NCBI GenBank assembly: GCA_023554445.1
Contig: JAMJQQ010000119.1
Span: 1,925-65,924, forward strand
DNA: 64,000 nt
DNA from: Candidatus Carthagonibacter metallireducens
GTDB taxonomy: Bacteria; Gemmatimonadota; Gemmatimonadetes; Palauibacterales; Palauibacteraceae
Direction: 5' to 3'
Shown: one piece after another, positions 8,963-20,000 of the stretch
Layout of the letters: every line of letters begins with the position of its first letter
Position numbering within the stretch: the stretch's first letter is position 1
Program-made: the position numbers and the translations under genes
The notes under the pieces: generated by a model
Databases searched by the model: none
What the model was told of the DNA's origin: nothing
Seen by the model: the letters and a program-made list of their open reading frames with translations, nothing else

Positions 8963-10741
8963 TCAACCGCCCAGAAGGGCTTCGATCTCGTCCATGATCA
9001 TCTCCATGCGCCGGAGAAGCGCCCGATACGGCTCCGGGTTGCCGAGGTCCACGCCGGCCCGGACCATCAGCTCGTACGGGTAGTCCGACCCTCCGGCTCG
9101 CAGCAGGTCGAGGAATCGCCCCCCTGCTCCGCTGTCCCCGGCGAGCAATTGCTCCGCCATCAGGGCGGATGCGGCTACGGAAGTAGCGTACTGGTATACA
9201 TAGAAGTTGTAGTAGAAATGCGGGATATAGGCCCATTCCACGGTGTAGGCGTCGTCTATGTCCACGACGCCCGCGTCATGCCCGTGATACCGTCGCACGA
9301 GTTCGCCGTACATGGCCGTCAGGCGGTCGCCCGACAGCGCCTCTCCCCCCTCGACGACTTCGTGAATCGCAAGTTCGTATTCTGCGAACATCGTCTGCCG
9401 GAAAAAGGTCCCGCGAAGGCCCTCCAGAGCATGACCGAGGAAGAAGATCCTCTCATCGTCGGTCTCCGATCGCTTCAGCAACCGATCCAGCAGGAGTGCC
9501 TCGATGAAAGTGGAGGCGACCTCAGCCGTGAAGATCGAGTAGCCGGCATTGACGAAATCCTGCGAACGGTTCGCGAGGCTCGAATGCAGCGCGTGTCCCC
9601 ATTCGTGGGCCAGGGTCGAGACGGAGCGATAGTCGTCCGTGAAATTCATCAGTACGTAGGGGTGGACATCGTAGACATGACCGTTCATGTACGCCCCCGG
9701 CCGTTTGCCGGGACGGGGGTAGACGTCCATCCACCCGCCGTCGAACCCCTGCTGAATGATCTCGATCGCTTCCGGACCGAGGGGTTCGACAGCCTCGAGA
9801 ACGATCGTCCGGGCCTCGTCGATGTCGAATCTCCGATCGGTCTTCACCAGCGGAGGGTAGATGTCGAAGTAGGCCAGCTGATCGATGCCCAGCAGTCGGG
9901 CCCTGAGACGGAAGTAGCGATGGAGGACCGGGAGACCCGCATTCGCTTCCTCGATCAGCGTGCGGTACACCCGCTCCGGGATATGGTCGGAATTCAGGGC
10001 TGCGGCCAGCGAGCTCGGGTACTTGCGGACGCGCGCCCGGAACAGGTCGCGCTTGACCTGACCGTACAGCGTCGCGCCAAAGGTGCGGGCGTACTCCTGC
10101 CACCTGGTCCAGAAGGCCTCGAACACGATTTCCCGGTCTTCCCGGATCGGCGAGGCTCGCAGCCGGGCGTAGGCCGACTGGTCCAGCCGTTCTTCCGAAC
10201 CGTCTGACAGCACGACCGTAGGCCACGGCATGTCGGCGTTGGCCAGCATTCCGTACACGGAGTAGGGTGAATCCGTAATCAGGCCGGCCGTCGCCACGAT
10301 CTCCTCTTCAGCCGGCGAAAGCGTGTGAGCTGCTCGCCTGAGGAGGTCATCCAGTCCGTGGGCGTAAACCTTCAGCGGAGCGAATTCCTCGAGCCAGGAT
10401 CGAACCGTCGCCTCACCGATTTCCAGTATCTCGGGGTCGACGAAGCTCGCTGCTTCCGACAGCGCGGTTCCCACCAGTCGCGCCCGCTGCTCCATCTCCG
10501 CCGTCTCCCCCAATCGCGTGTCCTCGTGATACCGCATCGAGGCGTACGAGGAAGCGCGGTAGAGTCGCTTCAGGCCGTCGTAGTACGAATCCAGACATTC
10601 GACGAGGACGCCGGGGCCCTCGGCCAGCCGCCCCCGGAAGGCCGAAATCCGTTCCGGCAGCTTGGCCAGTTCCGCGAGGTCCGCCTCCCAGTCCGACCGA
10701 TCCGGATAGATGTCCTCGAGCCGCCAGCGATCGACACTCAC
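8963..10741 (-). CDS. pepF: Oligoendopeptidase F (M3B family)
   Basis: HEWGHALH zinc motif and global PepF-like sequence. The start is placed at GTG 10741 (VSVDRWRLEDIYPDRSDWEADL), overlapping the upstream stop in GTGA. The ORF-track N-terminus overlaps the EVE gene and is Arg-rich junk. Confidence 0.8.
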   Translation of the reverse strand: MSVDRWRLEDIYPDRSDWEADLAELAKLPERISAFRGRLAEGPGVLVECLDSYYDGLKRLYRASSYASMRYHEDTRLGETAEMEQRARLVGTALSEAASFVDPEILEIGEATVRSWLEEFAPLKVYAHGLDDLLRRAAHTLSPAEEEIVATAGLITDSPYSVYGMLANADMPWPTVVLSDGSEERLDQSAYARLRASPIREDREIVFEAFWTRWQEYARTFGATLYGQVKRDLFRARVRKYPSSLAAALNSDHIPERVYRTLIEEANAGLPVLHRYFRLRARLLGIDQLAYFDIYPPLVKTDRRFDIDEARTIVLEAVEPLGPEAIEIIQQGFDGGWMDVYPRPGKRPGAYMNGHVYDVHPYVLMNFTDDYRSVSTLAHEWGHALHSSLANRSQDFVNAGYSIFTAEVASTFIEALLLDRLLKRSETDDERIFFLGHALEGLRGTFFRQTMFAEYELAIHEVVEGGEALSGDRLTAMYGELVRRYHGHDAGVVDIDDAYTVEWAYIPHFYYNFYVYQYATSVAASALMAEQLLAGDSGAGGRFLDLLRAGGSDYPYELMVRAGVDLGNPEPYRALLRRMEMIMDEIEALLGG

Positions 10742-11202
10742 GACGCCTCTCCGCGTGCCAGTTCGACGACCCGGTCGAAGTGTCGCCTGTCCACCGGTTG
10801 GACGGACAGCCTGCTCTTCCCGGTCACCAGCATCCCTTCGAGCGCCGGCTCGGCCTTCAACTCTGAAAGCGGCACGGGGCGAGGAAGCTCTTCGACGAAG
10901 GCGATGTCGACCATCCACCATCGGGGCTCCTCGGGACTCGACTTCGGGTCGAAGTAGCGGCTTTCCGGGTCCCACGAGGTGTGGTCCGGGTAAGCCTCCC
11001 TGCACACCCGCGCAATCCCGACGACGGAAGGAGGGTTCGCGTTGGAATGGTAGAACAGGACCGCATCGTCCTGCTGCATCTCGCGCATCAGGTTGCGCGC
11101 CTGGTAGTTACGCACGCCATCCCAGCATGTGGATCCGTCCCGTTCCAGATCGTCTATGGAGTAGGCGCCAGGCTCTGATTTCATCAGCCAGCAATTCGAC
11201 AT
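10738..11202 (-). CDS. EVE (PUA-like) domain protein
   Basis: The start MSNCWLMKSEPGAYSIDDL is typical of the EVE family (WLMKSEP...). The ATG at 11202 has an AAGGGA SD. Confidence 0.7.
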   Translation of the reverse strand: MSNCWLMKSEPGAYSIDDLERDGSTCWDGVRNYQARNLMREMQQDDAVLFYHSNANPPSVVGIARVCREAYPDHTSWDPESRYFDPKSSPEEPRWWMVDIAFVEELPRPVPLSELKAEPALEGMLVTGKSRLSVQPVDRRHFDRVVELARGEAS

Positions 11203-11369
11203 TGAAGCGCTCCCTTGGAGGTCACGTCCCACCGAACCCTCGGCGACCGCGAGGCGGCGCCGGAATCGGGCCGCGATCAGGATACGGGAAGGCCGCCGCG
11301 GCGCAACCTCGGTGCCGGGACTGTCCGGTCATTCCCGTGCGTCAAAGCCTCGGTTGAGGCTCGACAAAC

Positions 11370-11917
11370 TCAGGTATGCGGCGTGGTCGCGGACCCGGCA
11401 ACCAGCAGGGACGAGCATTCCGTGCAGAATCGCTCGCTCTTCAGGTCGACGTCTTCGACATAGGTGGAGGACGACATCACGCAGGATCTGTCCGGGCAAT
11501 GGACCAGCCCGAAGCCATGTCCGAGCTCATGTACGACTTCCTTGACCGCTCGATCGACCAGGAGTCGTTCGTCGGTGGGCAGACCATAGAACTCGGTGTG
11601 CAGACGCATCACAGACACGACGGCGGCCGGACCTCCCAGTTGGGCCTGCCCGAACACGAAGGTGAGCACGGGAATGAACAGATCCTCCGCCGTGATTCCG
11701 ACGATCCTGCCGCCCGAGGCGGGCAGATGGCGAAGCAGCTCCGCGAGCAGGAGCGTGGCGTGATATTGCTGCCGTTCGGGGGCATAGAAGGGCGCGAGAT
11801 CAATACCGAGGGGCTCGGCACGAACGAAATGGTCTGTCGCCGCGGCCACCCGACGGCGCAGTTCTTCCGACCACGTCGGCCGGAAGCTCCCCAGGTGCGC
11901 CAGCAGGATCTCCGGCT

Positions 11918-11921
<4 letters not shown>
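11370..11921 (-). CDS. Archaemetzincin (peptidase M54)
   Basis: Has HELGHGFGLVHCPDRSCVMS, the archaemetzincin HExxHxxGxxHC zinc plus Cys motif. It overlaps the RR gene stop by 4 nt. Confidence 0.75.
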
Positions 11922-13253
<1,332 letters not shown>

Positions 13254-13264
<11 letters not shown>

Positions 13265-14942
13265 CAGATCTCCTCGCGGCCGTACCGCTGCCGGCTGCGA
13301 CAGCGACCGATTCGAATTCCGGCCGGTAGGGCCGGGTGGGCTGCCTGGGCAGCCGCAGCGTGAAGGTGGTCCCCTTGCCGGGTGCCGAATCGACCAGAAT
13401 CTCTCCCCCATGCCGGCGAACGATTCCGAATACGACGGCCAGACCGAGCCCGACACCCTTGGTTTCGTTCTTCGTGCTGAAGAAGGGATCGAAGATGCGG
13501 TCCCTGACTTCGGGTGGAATGCCGGAGCCGATATCCGCTACGCCGAGTCGCACGAAGCGGTCGTCGGTCGGATCGGAACCCGTGGTCAGAGTGAGACTTC
13601 CCCCCTCCGGCATCGCCTCGATCGCGTTGATCATCAGCGCCAGCAGAGACTGGACGATCTGTTCGCCGTCGCAGACGACTTCGTCGTCCTCGAGGGCCAG
13701 GTCCGTCTGGAGCTCCACCTCGCTGAGCTGCATGTGATGGCCCATCAGGCTGATCGCATGATCGACCAGGGAATGAAGGTGCTCCGGGGCCAGTTCGTGC
13801 GTTCCTTCCCGCGCGTACGTGAGCAGGTCGCGCACGATGTTGCCGCAGCGGACCGACTCCGAACGGATCAGCTCGAGGTTCTCGAGCGTTCTCTCGCGGG
13901 CCTCACCCGGCGGCATCTCCCGCTCCACCTTGCGAGCCACCAGCCGCGAACAGGTAAGGATCCCGGAGAGCGGATTGTTCAGCTCGTGGGCGACGGTCGC
14001 CGCCATCTTGCCCAGTGAAGAGGTCTTTTCCACCTGCACCATCTGTTTGTGTATCGCAGCCAGTTCCTGCGTCTTGTCTCGTACCCTCTCGGCGAGAGTG
14101 TCGGACCAGTGCCTGAGTTCGTCGTTCGCCTGCTTCAGACTGCCGGCCATTCGATTGAAGGAGTCCGCCAGCTGTCCGAGCTCGTCGGTTCGTTCCTCGG
14201 GAATACGGATGTCGAGGTCGCCGGCCGCCAGCGCCTCCGTACCCTTGATCAACTGGCGAGTGGGCTGGTGCACACCACGGTGTACGATGAAGGCCAGGGC
14301 GGCTCCTAGCAGCAGGGCGATTGCCACTCCGATCGCGAGACTGGATCGCTCCGCCCGGAGCATCGCCGCATCCGTCTTGGCGAGGGACATCTGGACATCC
14401 AGTACGCCGAGCACCGTGTCATCCTGGTCATGCACGTGGCAGGCATCGGCACATCCCTGACGGTTCCGGATCGGCGTAATCAGTCGCAGTACTCGAAAGC
14501 CGGCTTCGTGCACGTGGATCTGGGAGAGATCCTCGATGCTGGGTGACGAAAGTGGGAGCTCCGTCTCATGGCAGGCGAAACACGCCTCCGCCTGCATGTC
14601 GACGCGGGTACCGAGCTCAGCCGAGTCTGAGGAGAACGCGACTTCTCCTCGCTTGTTGTAGATCCGGACTCCGACGACGTCCGGCCCCTCACCGAGGCTG
14701 CGAATCGCGTCGTTGATGTGCTGCCGGTTGTTCTCGGCCATCTCGGTGAGGAGGCTTCCCTCGAGGAAGGTGCTCGCCCGCTCCGCTCCGGAGAGCACCT
14801 CCTCCTGCACCACTCGCGTCCGAATCCAGTTGGCGATCTGGTGATTGCCGAGCAGAATCAGCAGTACGGCGCCGAGGAGCACGACGAAGAGGCGAGCGCT
14901 CAGGGACGAGCGGATTCTCGTGGGCCAGGACGAGGAGGCCAT
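13254..14942 (-). CDS. Sensor histidine kinase with a periplasmic sensor domain carrying CxxCH/CxxxCH motifs, then HAMP, HisKA and HATPase
   Basis: Two TM helices flank a roughly 170-aa periplasmic region containing EACFACHETE and GCADACHVHD. HAMP is followed by an H-box (VAHELNNPLSGI) and ATPase motifs. It is coupled to the RR by an 11-nt overlap. Confidence 0.85.
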
Positions 14943-15092
14943 GTGAGTCCTCTGTGTTTCGTAGGGGCCTGCCGCACCCGGGTCCGGTTGGCGCGGAGCG
15001 GGGCCCTCCGACGACCGCTCAGCGCAGCAGAATACGTGCCGAAGTCCAGCGGACGGGACTGACGCGGGAAGGTGCCTGCGTTTCCCTCGAGC

Positions 15093-15878
15093 TCAGAACA
15101 GGGCGTCGATCATGGCGGCGAAGCGGTCCGGTCCGAGTACTCTCTCGAGATCCAGCTGTGGCTCCCCTCCATCGGCCATGACGGCACCCAGCTGGAGGCG
15201 ATCCGAATCGAGCGCGCCGCGGATGTGACTCTTCAGGATTCGAAGCCTGCGCAGGTGCCAGATCAGCGCATCTTCTCCCCGGAACAGTCTCGGCACCTCG
15301 GAAGGCCGAACCGCCGCTCGGACGCGAAACAGCCAATTGTCGCGTCCATCCACGTGTCCCGACCCTCCGATCTCGTCCACCAGCGGTTCGTTGACCTCCG
15401 TAACGGTGCCTCCTACCGGAAGACGAATGGGGATCGCCCGCTCCGACCGAAGCAGCCAGCCGCACGTCTCGCCCTCTTCGAAGCTGACTCCGGTGCGAGG
15501 TGCGACGATTTCCTCGACGGGCTCCAGTATCCTCCAGACGCAGCCGACCAGGCCGACTTCGAGCTCGTTGGAATCGCCTGCTGGACGAGCCCACACACCG
15601 TCTCCTCCGTACCAACGACCGAGGTCCAGGCGACAGCCGGCCAGGAGTTGCGAGACAAACTGGCCCACTTCGGCCTCCAGACGCCGCTGAGTCTGGGACA
15701 GATTCGGACACCGCACCGCCGACTCATCGTCGATTGCGTGACCTCCGGAGAGGGCGTGATAGAGCTCACAGCTGTCACAATCGTATTCCCGGTCGCACGG
15801 ATGCATACCGAGCACCCCCGCCAGTGACCACACGCACGGGAGCTCCGAATTCGGATTCGCAGATTCGCTTCGATTCAT
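15093..15878 (-). CDS. GcvH-fold (glycine-cleavage-H-like) protein with an N-terminal Cys-rich region
   Basis: The C-terminal segment matches the GcvH pattern (VGLVGCVWRILEP...RLPVGGTVTEVNEPL...DGRDNWLFRVR) but lacks the lipoyl-Lys. The N-terminus has C-x5-C-x2-C (HPCDREYDCDSCELYH). It is paralogous to the 15930 and 18949 genes. Confidence 0.6.
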   Translation of the reverse strand: MNRSESANPNSELPCVWSLAGVLGMHPCDREYDCDSCELYHALSGGHAIDDESAVRCPNLSQTQRRLEAEVGQFVSQLLAGCRLDLGRWYGGDGVWARPAGDSNELEVGLVGCVWRILEPVEEIVAPRTGVSFEEGETCGWLLRSERAIPIRLPVGGTVTEVNEPLVDEIGGSGHVDGRDNWLFRVRAAVRPSEVPRLFRGEDALIWHLRRLRILKSHIRGALDSDRLQLGAVMADGGEPQLDLERVLGPDRFAAMIDALF

Positions 15879-15929
15879 CGGTCCCCCCTCGCCTGCTGGG
15901 ACGATCGGACGACTCAGCCGGTGCGCTTC

Positions 15930-16685
15930 TCAAGCCTTTACGTTCTCGTCTTCCGCGACATCCATCGGGGAGACGAGCAGGAAGCTGCGCACGATCTCCT
16001 CCCAGTCCTCGGGGGCGAGAGTTCGTGCCAGTCCAAATCGGGGCTCTCCTCCGTCGGCCAGTACGGCCCCGAGCGCGCTTTCCGGCGCGCTGACTGCGAG
16101 CCCCTGGAGCGACCGCTCCGCCATTTCCGCCCACGAGCGAGCCAGGCTGCCGGTGAGGAGGTTTCGACGCACAGGCTCGATGGAAGGAACACGCACCCTC
16201 ATCAACCAGCCATCGCCATACGGGTCTCGACTCGCCGTCGAGGGCTCGTCGATCACCCGATCATTGAGCTGAACCACCTCCCCGTCGACCGGCGAGACCA
16301 TCGGCAGTTCCCGCCCCCCGGCGGTAATCGTCCATGCCGGTCCGCCCGCACTCAGCCGTGTGCCTTCGGGCGGTAGCTGAATCCGGTCGGGCGGGCCGAT
16401 CAGACGGCGCGCAAAATCGTCCCAGCCGATCACGACCTCTCCGTCGCTTCCTGCCATGCGGGCCCAGGAGTGCCCCGGGTGAAAGAACACACCGTTGCCC
16501 GGAAGAGCGACCCCACGGAGAAGGCTTCTCCAGTCCGCCTCCCTCTCCCGATGTGACTCGGACACCGCAACTTTCGGCGCCCGAATGAGTTGCCAGGCGA
16601 CGGTGAGGAGCAGCAGGAAGCTGATGACGACGATGTATTCGATGCCCTTCGTTCCGAACAGCTCGGGCTGAACCATGGCGTACAT
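15930..16685 (-). CDS. Membrane-anchored GcvH-fold protein (no lipoyl-Lys)
   Basis: N-terminal TM helix. HSWARMAGSDGEVVIGWDDFARRLIG...PMVSPVDGEVVQLNDRV...DPYGDGWLMRVRV aligns with E. coli GcvH (HEW...VGIT.HAQ..LGD...P.SGE.V.VN...PY.GGW.FK.K). Confidence 0.65.
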   Translation of the reverse strand: MYAMVQPELFGTKGIEYIVVISFLLLLTVAWQLIRAPKVAVSESHREREADWRSLLRGVALPGNGVFFHPGHSWARMAGSDGEVVIGWDDFARRLIGPPDRIQLPPEGTRLSAGGPAWTITAGGRELPMVSPVDGEVVQLNDRVIDEPSTASRDPYGDGWLMRVRVPSIEPVRRNLLTGSLARSWAEMAERSLQGLAVSAPESALGAVLADGGEPRFGLARTLAPEDWEEIVRSFLLVSPMDVAEDENVKA

Positions 16686-16704
16686 GGCGAAGCGTCCTTT
16701 CCGT

Positions 16705-17964
16705 TCACGCCGCCGTGGCGGCAGAGGCGTCCGCGGGTCGTCCTTCCTGCGGCCGAACGTGGAAGTCCAGCACCGGCATCCGGTTGATGACCCATCGGAA
16801 CACCCAGATCTCGGCGGATATCACACCCAGCGTAACTACGATCTCCTGCCACGACGGTACGTATCGGACAGGCGCATTCCACTGGAACCCGATGACCGTG
16901 ACGTTCAGTCGATTGATGATGATCCCGACCAGCGTGAGAACCGCGGCCGATTTGATCCACCGCGTGTCCCTGCGACGAGCGCCGACCAAGAAGAGCACCG
17001 CCGGCAACGCGACGAGCCCGACGATTTCGAGGAGGTACCAGGCGCCCCAGCCCGTGCCCATCCATGCGGCCCTGCCCTGGTGCACGAAAGTGATCACCTG
17101 GACGCCGAGATACGCGAACATCGTCCCGGCACAGATGCGTGAGAGTCCGATCAGGATTCCATCGTGCCCCTCGCGCAACGGCTGGCCCAGCCGATCCCGA
17201 AACACCTTGTGGGTGATCGTTCCCTCGAAGATCACCATGGAGAGTCCGGCGAAGATGCTGGAGACCAGGAAGAGAATCGGGATGAACTCCGAGTACCAGA
17301 GGGGGTGAATCTTCGTCTCGGCCATCAGGTAGAGCGCTCCGAGCCCCGACTGGTGCAGGGTCGAAAGCGTGATACCCAGCACCACCGCACCCAGGGTCAG
17401 AGCGTGAAGGCGCTTTCGAAGCTTCGGCCAACCGGCCCATTCGGCGATCACCGGTGAGAACTCCACCAGCTCCGCCGTCATGTAGAGGAGGAAATGCCAG
17501 GCGACCAGGAATAGAACCGAGCTCACCCCGAAGGAATTGCCGATGATCGGGTTGATCACGTTCCATGGACGACCCAGGTCCAGGAGAAGGGCTCCGGCGT
17601 AGAAGACGTACGCGAGGAAGCCGTTGAGAACGGTCACCCGAACGATCGGCTCGTATTTCTCGAGGCGCAGAATGTAGACCATGAAGGTGATGACATAGGC
17701 GCCGCCCGCGAGAGCGACCCCTGTAACCACGTCGAATCCGATCCACAGCCCCCACGGAACATCCTGAGACAGATTCGTTATCGTGCCCAGTCCTCCCGCG
17801 AACCGGATCGTCAGGAGCACGATCGTCACCAGGATCAGGGCTCCCGTCACGATGTTGAACGGGGTCAGCACCGGCCCCCTGGGCTTGAGCTCACCGAGCA
17901 GGAAGCGACCGAATCCACGGATTCCGCCGGAAGGTCGTGTCTGGAGCGAAGTAATCGTCGCCAC
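16705..17964 (-). CDS. NrfD/PsrC-family polytopic membrane subunit (quinone-interacting anchor)
   Basis: 419-aa protein with about 10 TM segments and NrfD-family character. Its start abuts the FeS gene stop (17964/17966). Confidence 0.75.
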   Translation of the reverse strand: MATITSLQTRPSGGIRGFGRFLLGELKPRGPVLTPFNIVTGALILVTIVLLTIRFAGGLGTITNLSQDVPWGLWIGFDVVTGVALAGGAYVITFMVYILRLEKYEPIVRVTVLNGFLAYVFYAGALLLDLGRPWNVINPIIGNSFGVSSVLFLVAWHFLLYMTAELVEFSPVIAEWAGWPKLRKRLHALTLGAVVLGITLSTLHQSGLGALYLMAETKIHPLWYSEFIPILFLVSSIFAGLSMVIFEGTITHKVFRDRLGQPLREGHDGILIGLSRICAGTMFAYLGVQVITFVHQGRAAWMGTGWGAWYLLEIVGLVALPAVLFLVGARRRDTRWIKSAAVLTLVGIIINRLNVTVIGFQWNAPVRYVPSWQEIVVTLGVISAEIWVFRWVINRMPVLDFHVRPQEGRPADASAATAA

Positions 17965-17965
17965 G

Positions 17966-18862
17966 CTACACCTCCTCTCGCGTGTCGTCGCCCGAACGCC
18001 GTGTCGCCTCGCTGATCCCCAGAAGGAGAGGCGGTACGAGGGTGATCACGAAGGGAACCGCGTAGAGGAATTCTTTGGTGAGCGCCGGGACCGGCTCCAC
18101 GCCGACGTCCGATCGCAGTCCGATCTCCTCGAAGGGAACCGCGGAGAGGTAGAGCCAGCTCGTTCCACCGACTTCGTGCTCACCCCAGACTCGATGGACG
18201 TACTTGTCGGGCTCCGACCATATTCTCTTGTGGCCTTCCTCGAGCATCTCCGCCCGGGTTCCGAATTGTGTCGCCCCGGCCGGACAGCCCTCCACGCAGG
18301 CGGGGACTTCGCCCTCGTCCAGACGCGCGAAGCACATCTGACACTTCCTGATCCTGGGGTTCGCGCTGAAGTACTCGAACTTCGGCACGTCGAAGGGACA
18401 GGAGACCATGCAGTACCGGCACCCCATGCACTTGTCCGCTCGCCAGACCACAGGACCCTCAGAGGTCTTGTGCATGGCCTGAGTCAGGCAGGCCGAGGCA
18501 CAGGCCGGTGTCAGGCAGTGGAAGCACTGCGTCTTGACGCTGACTGTCCCCTTCGAGGTTTCGTACTGGTTCACGACGGTGAAGCGCGTGTCATCCGTCC
18601 GTCGCCGTGCGGAGAAGTCCACCTTCGGCTCAGGTTCCGGCAGATCGTTCTGGTTCGCGCAGGCGAGCTCGCACATGCGGCAACCCATGCACTTGGTCGT
18701 GTCCACGAGCACCGCCATGGGCTCGGCTGCCGGGTCGGTCGTCGCCTCCGGTAGAGATGTGGCCGCTCGTGCGACCTTCGAGTGCCCTCGCAGATCGCGG
18801 CCGACGGCCACTGATCCGCCCAGGACACACAACGACCGAACGACATCTCGTCTCTTCATCAC
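17966..18862 (-). CDS. Tat-exported four-cluster [4Fe-4S] ferredoxin subunit (NrfC/PsrB/HybA type)
   Basis: Twin-arginine signal (MMKRRDVVRSLCVLGGSVAV). Four Cys clusters: CMGCRMCELAC, CFHCLTPACASAC, CMGCRYCMVSCP, CQMC...CVEGCP. Confidence 0.8.
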   Translation of the reverse strand: MMKRRDVVRSLCVLGGSVAVGRDLRGHSKVARAATSLPEATTDPAAEPMAVLVDTTKCMGCRMCELACANQNDLPEPEPKVDFSARRRTDDTRFTVVNQYETSKGTVSVKTQCFHCLTPACASACLTQAMHKTSEGPVVWRADKCMGCRYCMVSCPFDVPKFEYFSANPRIRKCQMCFARLDEGEVPACVEGCPAGATQFGTRAEMLEEGHKRIWSEPDKYVHRVWGEHEVGGTSWLYLSAVPFEEIGLRSDVGVEPVPALTKEFLYAVPFVITLVPPLLLGISEATRRSGDDTREEV

Positions 18863-18948
18863 AGCCCCCTTATCGATCAGGGCGTAGCGGATCGAGGGCG
18901 GATGCCGGAATCAGGAGGAGCGTCCCGGATTCCGCCCGCATCCGAAGG

Positions 18949-19629
18949 TCAGGTGTGGAGAAAGCGGGCCTCGAATTCGGACCAGGCGTCGGCATCGAGT
19001 TCCGCCAGAGCGCCAACCGGTACCTCGCCTCCATCAGCGAGGGCCAGGCCCACCTCACCGTCGGCCAGGGCTCGCTGCAGGTATTCCCTGATTCTTCCGT
19101 AGCGGTCGCCTGCCCACTCCGTCGCAGGCGTTCCGATCATCCAGGAGGGCACGTCAAGCGCGAGGTCATCCGGCTGCACGCGGTACAACCAGGCACGATC
19201 GAGCGAATCGGCCTCATGGTCGGTCAGGCTCCCCGACGCAAATCGATTGCGTGCGGTGATCTTGCCACTGAGAGGTGCCCGGACCCGAGCTGACTTGTCG
19301 CCCGTACCTATTTCGAGGATCGGATCGCCGCGATCGAAGTGCTGGCCCGGCTCCGCGAGCGAGTACCGGGTCTGCTCCCCGACGAGGCCCTGGAGCATCG
19401 GGTGTACGCCGACTTCGACCGTTCCATCGGGAACGACGCGACTCCAGGTGAAGCCATTCTGGAGGAATATTCCCTCCGGTACCGATCCCACCCAATCCGT
19501 GAGCGGAGCCGGTCCCACACGAGCGCCGCCGGATTGCACCTCCAGCCGAGCGCGGCGAGGTCGCTCGATGAGGAGGTGATACCCTCCCAGCGCGACGACC
19601 ACGGTCATAAGAAAGGCTGCCGCAAGCAT
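18949..19629 (-). CDS. Membrane-anchored GcvH-fold protein (third paralog; keeps a Lys at the lipoyl position)
   Basis: N-terminal TM helix, then FTWSRVVPDGTVEVGVHPMLQGLVGE...ILEIGTGDKSARVRAPLSGKITARN...AWLYRV. The C-terminal LALADGGEVP motif is shared with the other two paralogs. Confidence 0.6.
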   Translation of the reverse strand: MLAAAFLMTVVVALGGYHLLIERPRRARLEVQSGGARVGPAPLTDWVGSVPEGIFLQNGFTWSRVVPDGTVEVGVHPMLQGLVGEQTRYSLAEPGQHFDRGDPILEIGTGDKSARVRAPLSGKITARNRFASGSLTDHEADSLDRAWLYRVQPDDLALDVPSWMIGTPATEWAGDRYGRIREYLQRALADGEVGLALADGGEVPVGALAELDADAWSEFEARFLHT

Positions 19630-20000
19630 GGTCTCCTCCCCTCTGATTCAATTCCGCCGGTCACCGCGCTCTTCGTCGTTTGGTCGCGCGGTCAACAGAT
19701 CCGACAGTTGCGGAGGTGAGTGGCAAGAGGGGGGCCGCACGGACAGAGTGTGCGGTGAGAGCTGGTAAGTCACCTACTGTTGGACCTTTACAATGCTCGA
19801 GATCGGCGGCGATGGGCAAGGACGTCAACAGGCTTTGTCGAATTATCCTACAGCCGGGTTGCCGCAATCCGTTCAAACTCGCCACGAAGCCCTTGAATTC
19901 AGCCACGCCCAGTTGTGGGATACTTCACCAGCCGTATGTGGAGGATTCCGACACCTGACAGGCAGGCCGGGCGACATGTCCGGGGAACCGAAACCGCCAC

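Noticed and set aside
9149-10207. 352-aa plus-strand ORF antisense to pepF, and the similar 12275..13363+ ORF antisense to the response regulator
   Set aside because: Compositionally biased with no motifs. They are antisense to genes with catalytic-motif support.
14943-15092. Possible sigma-54 (-24/-12) promoter upstream of the kinase gene (minus-strand AGGCACCTTCCCGCGTC)
   Set aside because: The GG-to-GC spacing is one nucleotide short of TGGCAC-N5-TTGC and the -24 T is absent, so it is not convincing. No good sigma-54 match was found upstream of 19629 either.
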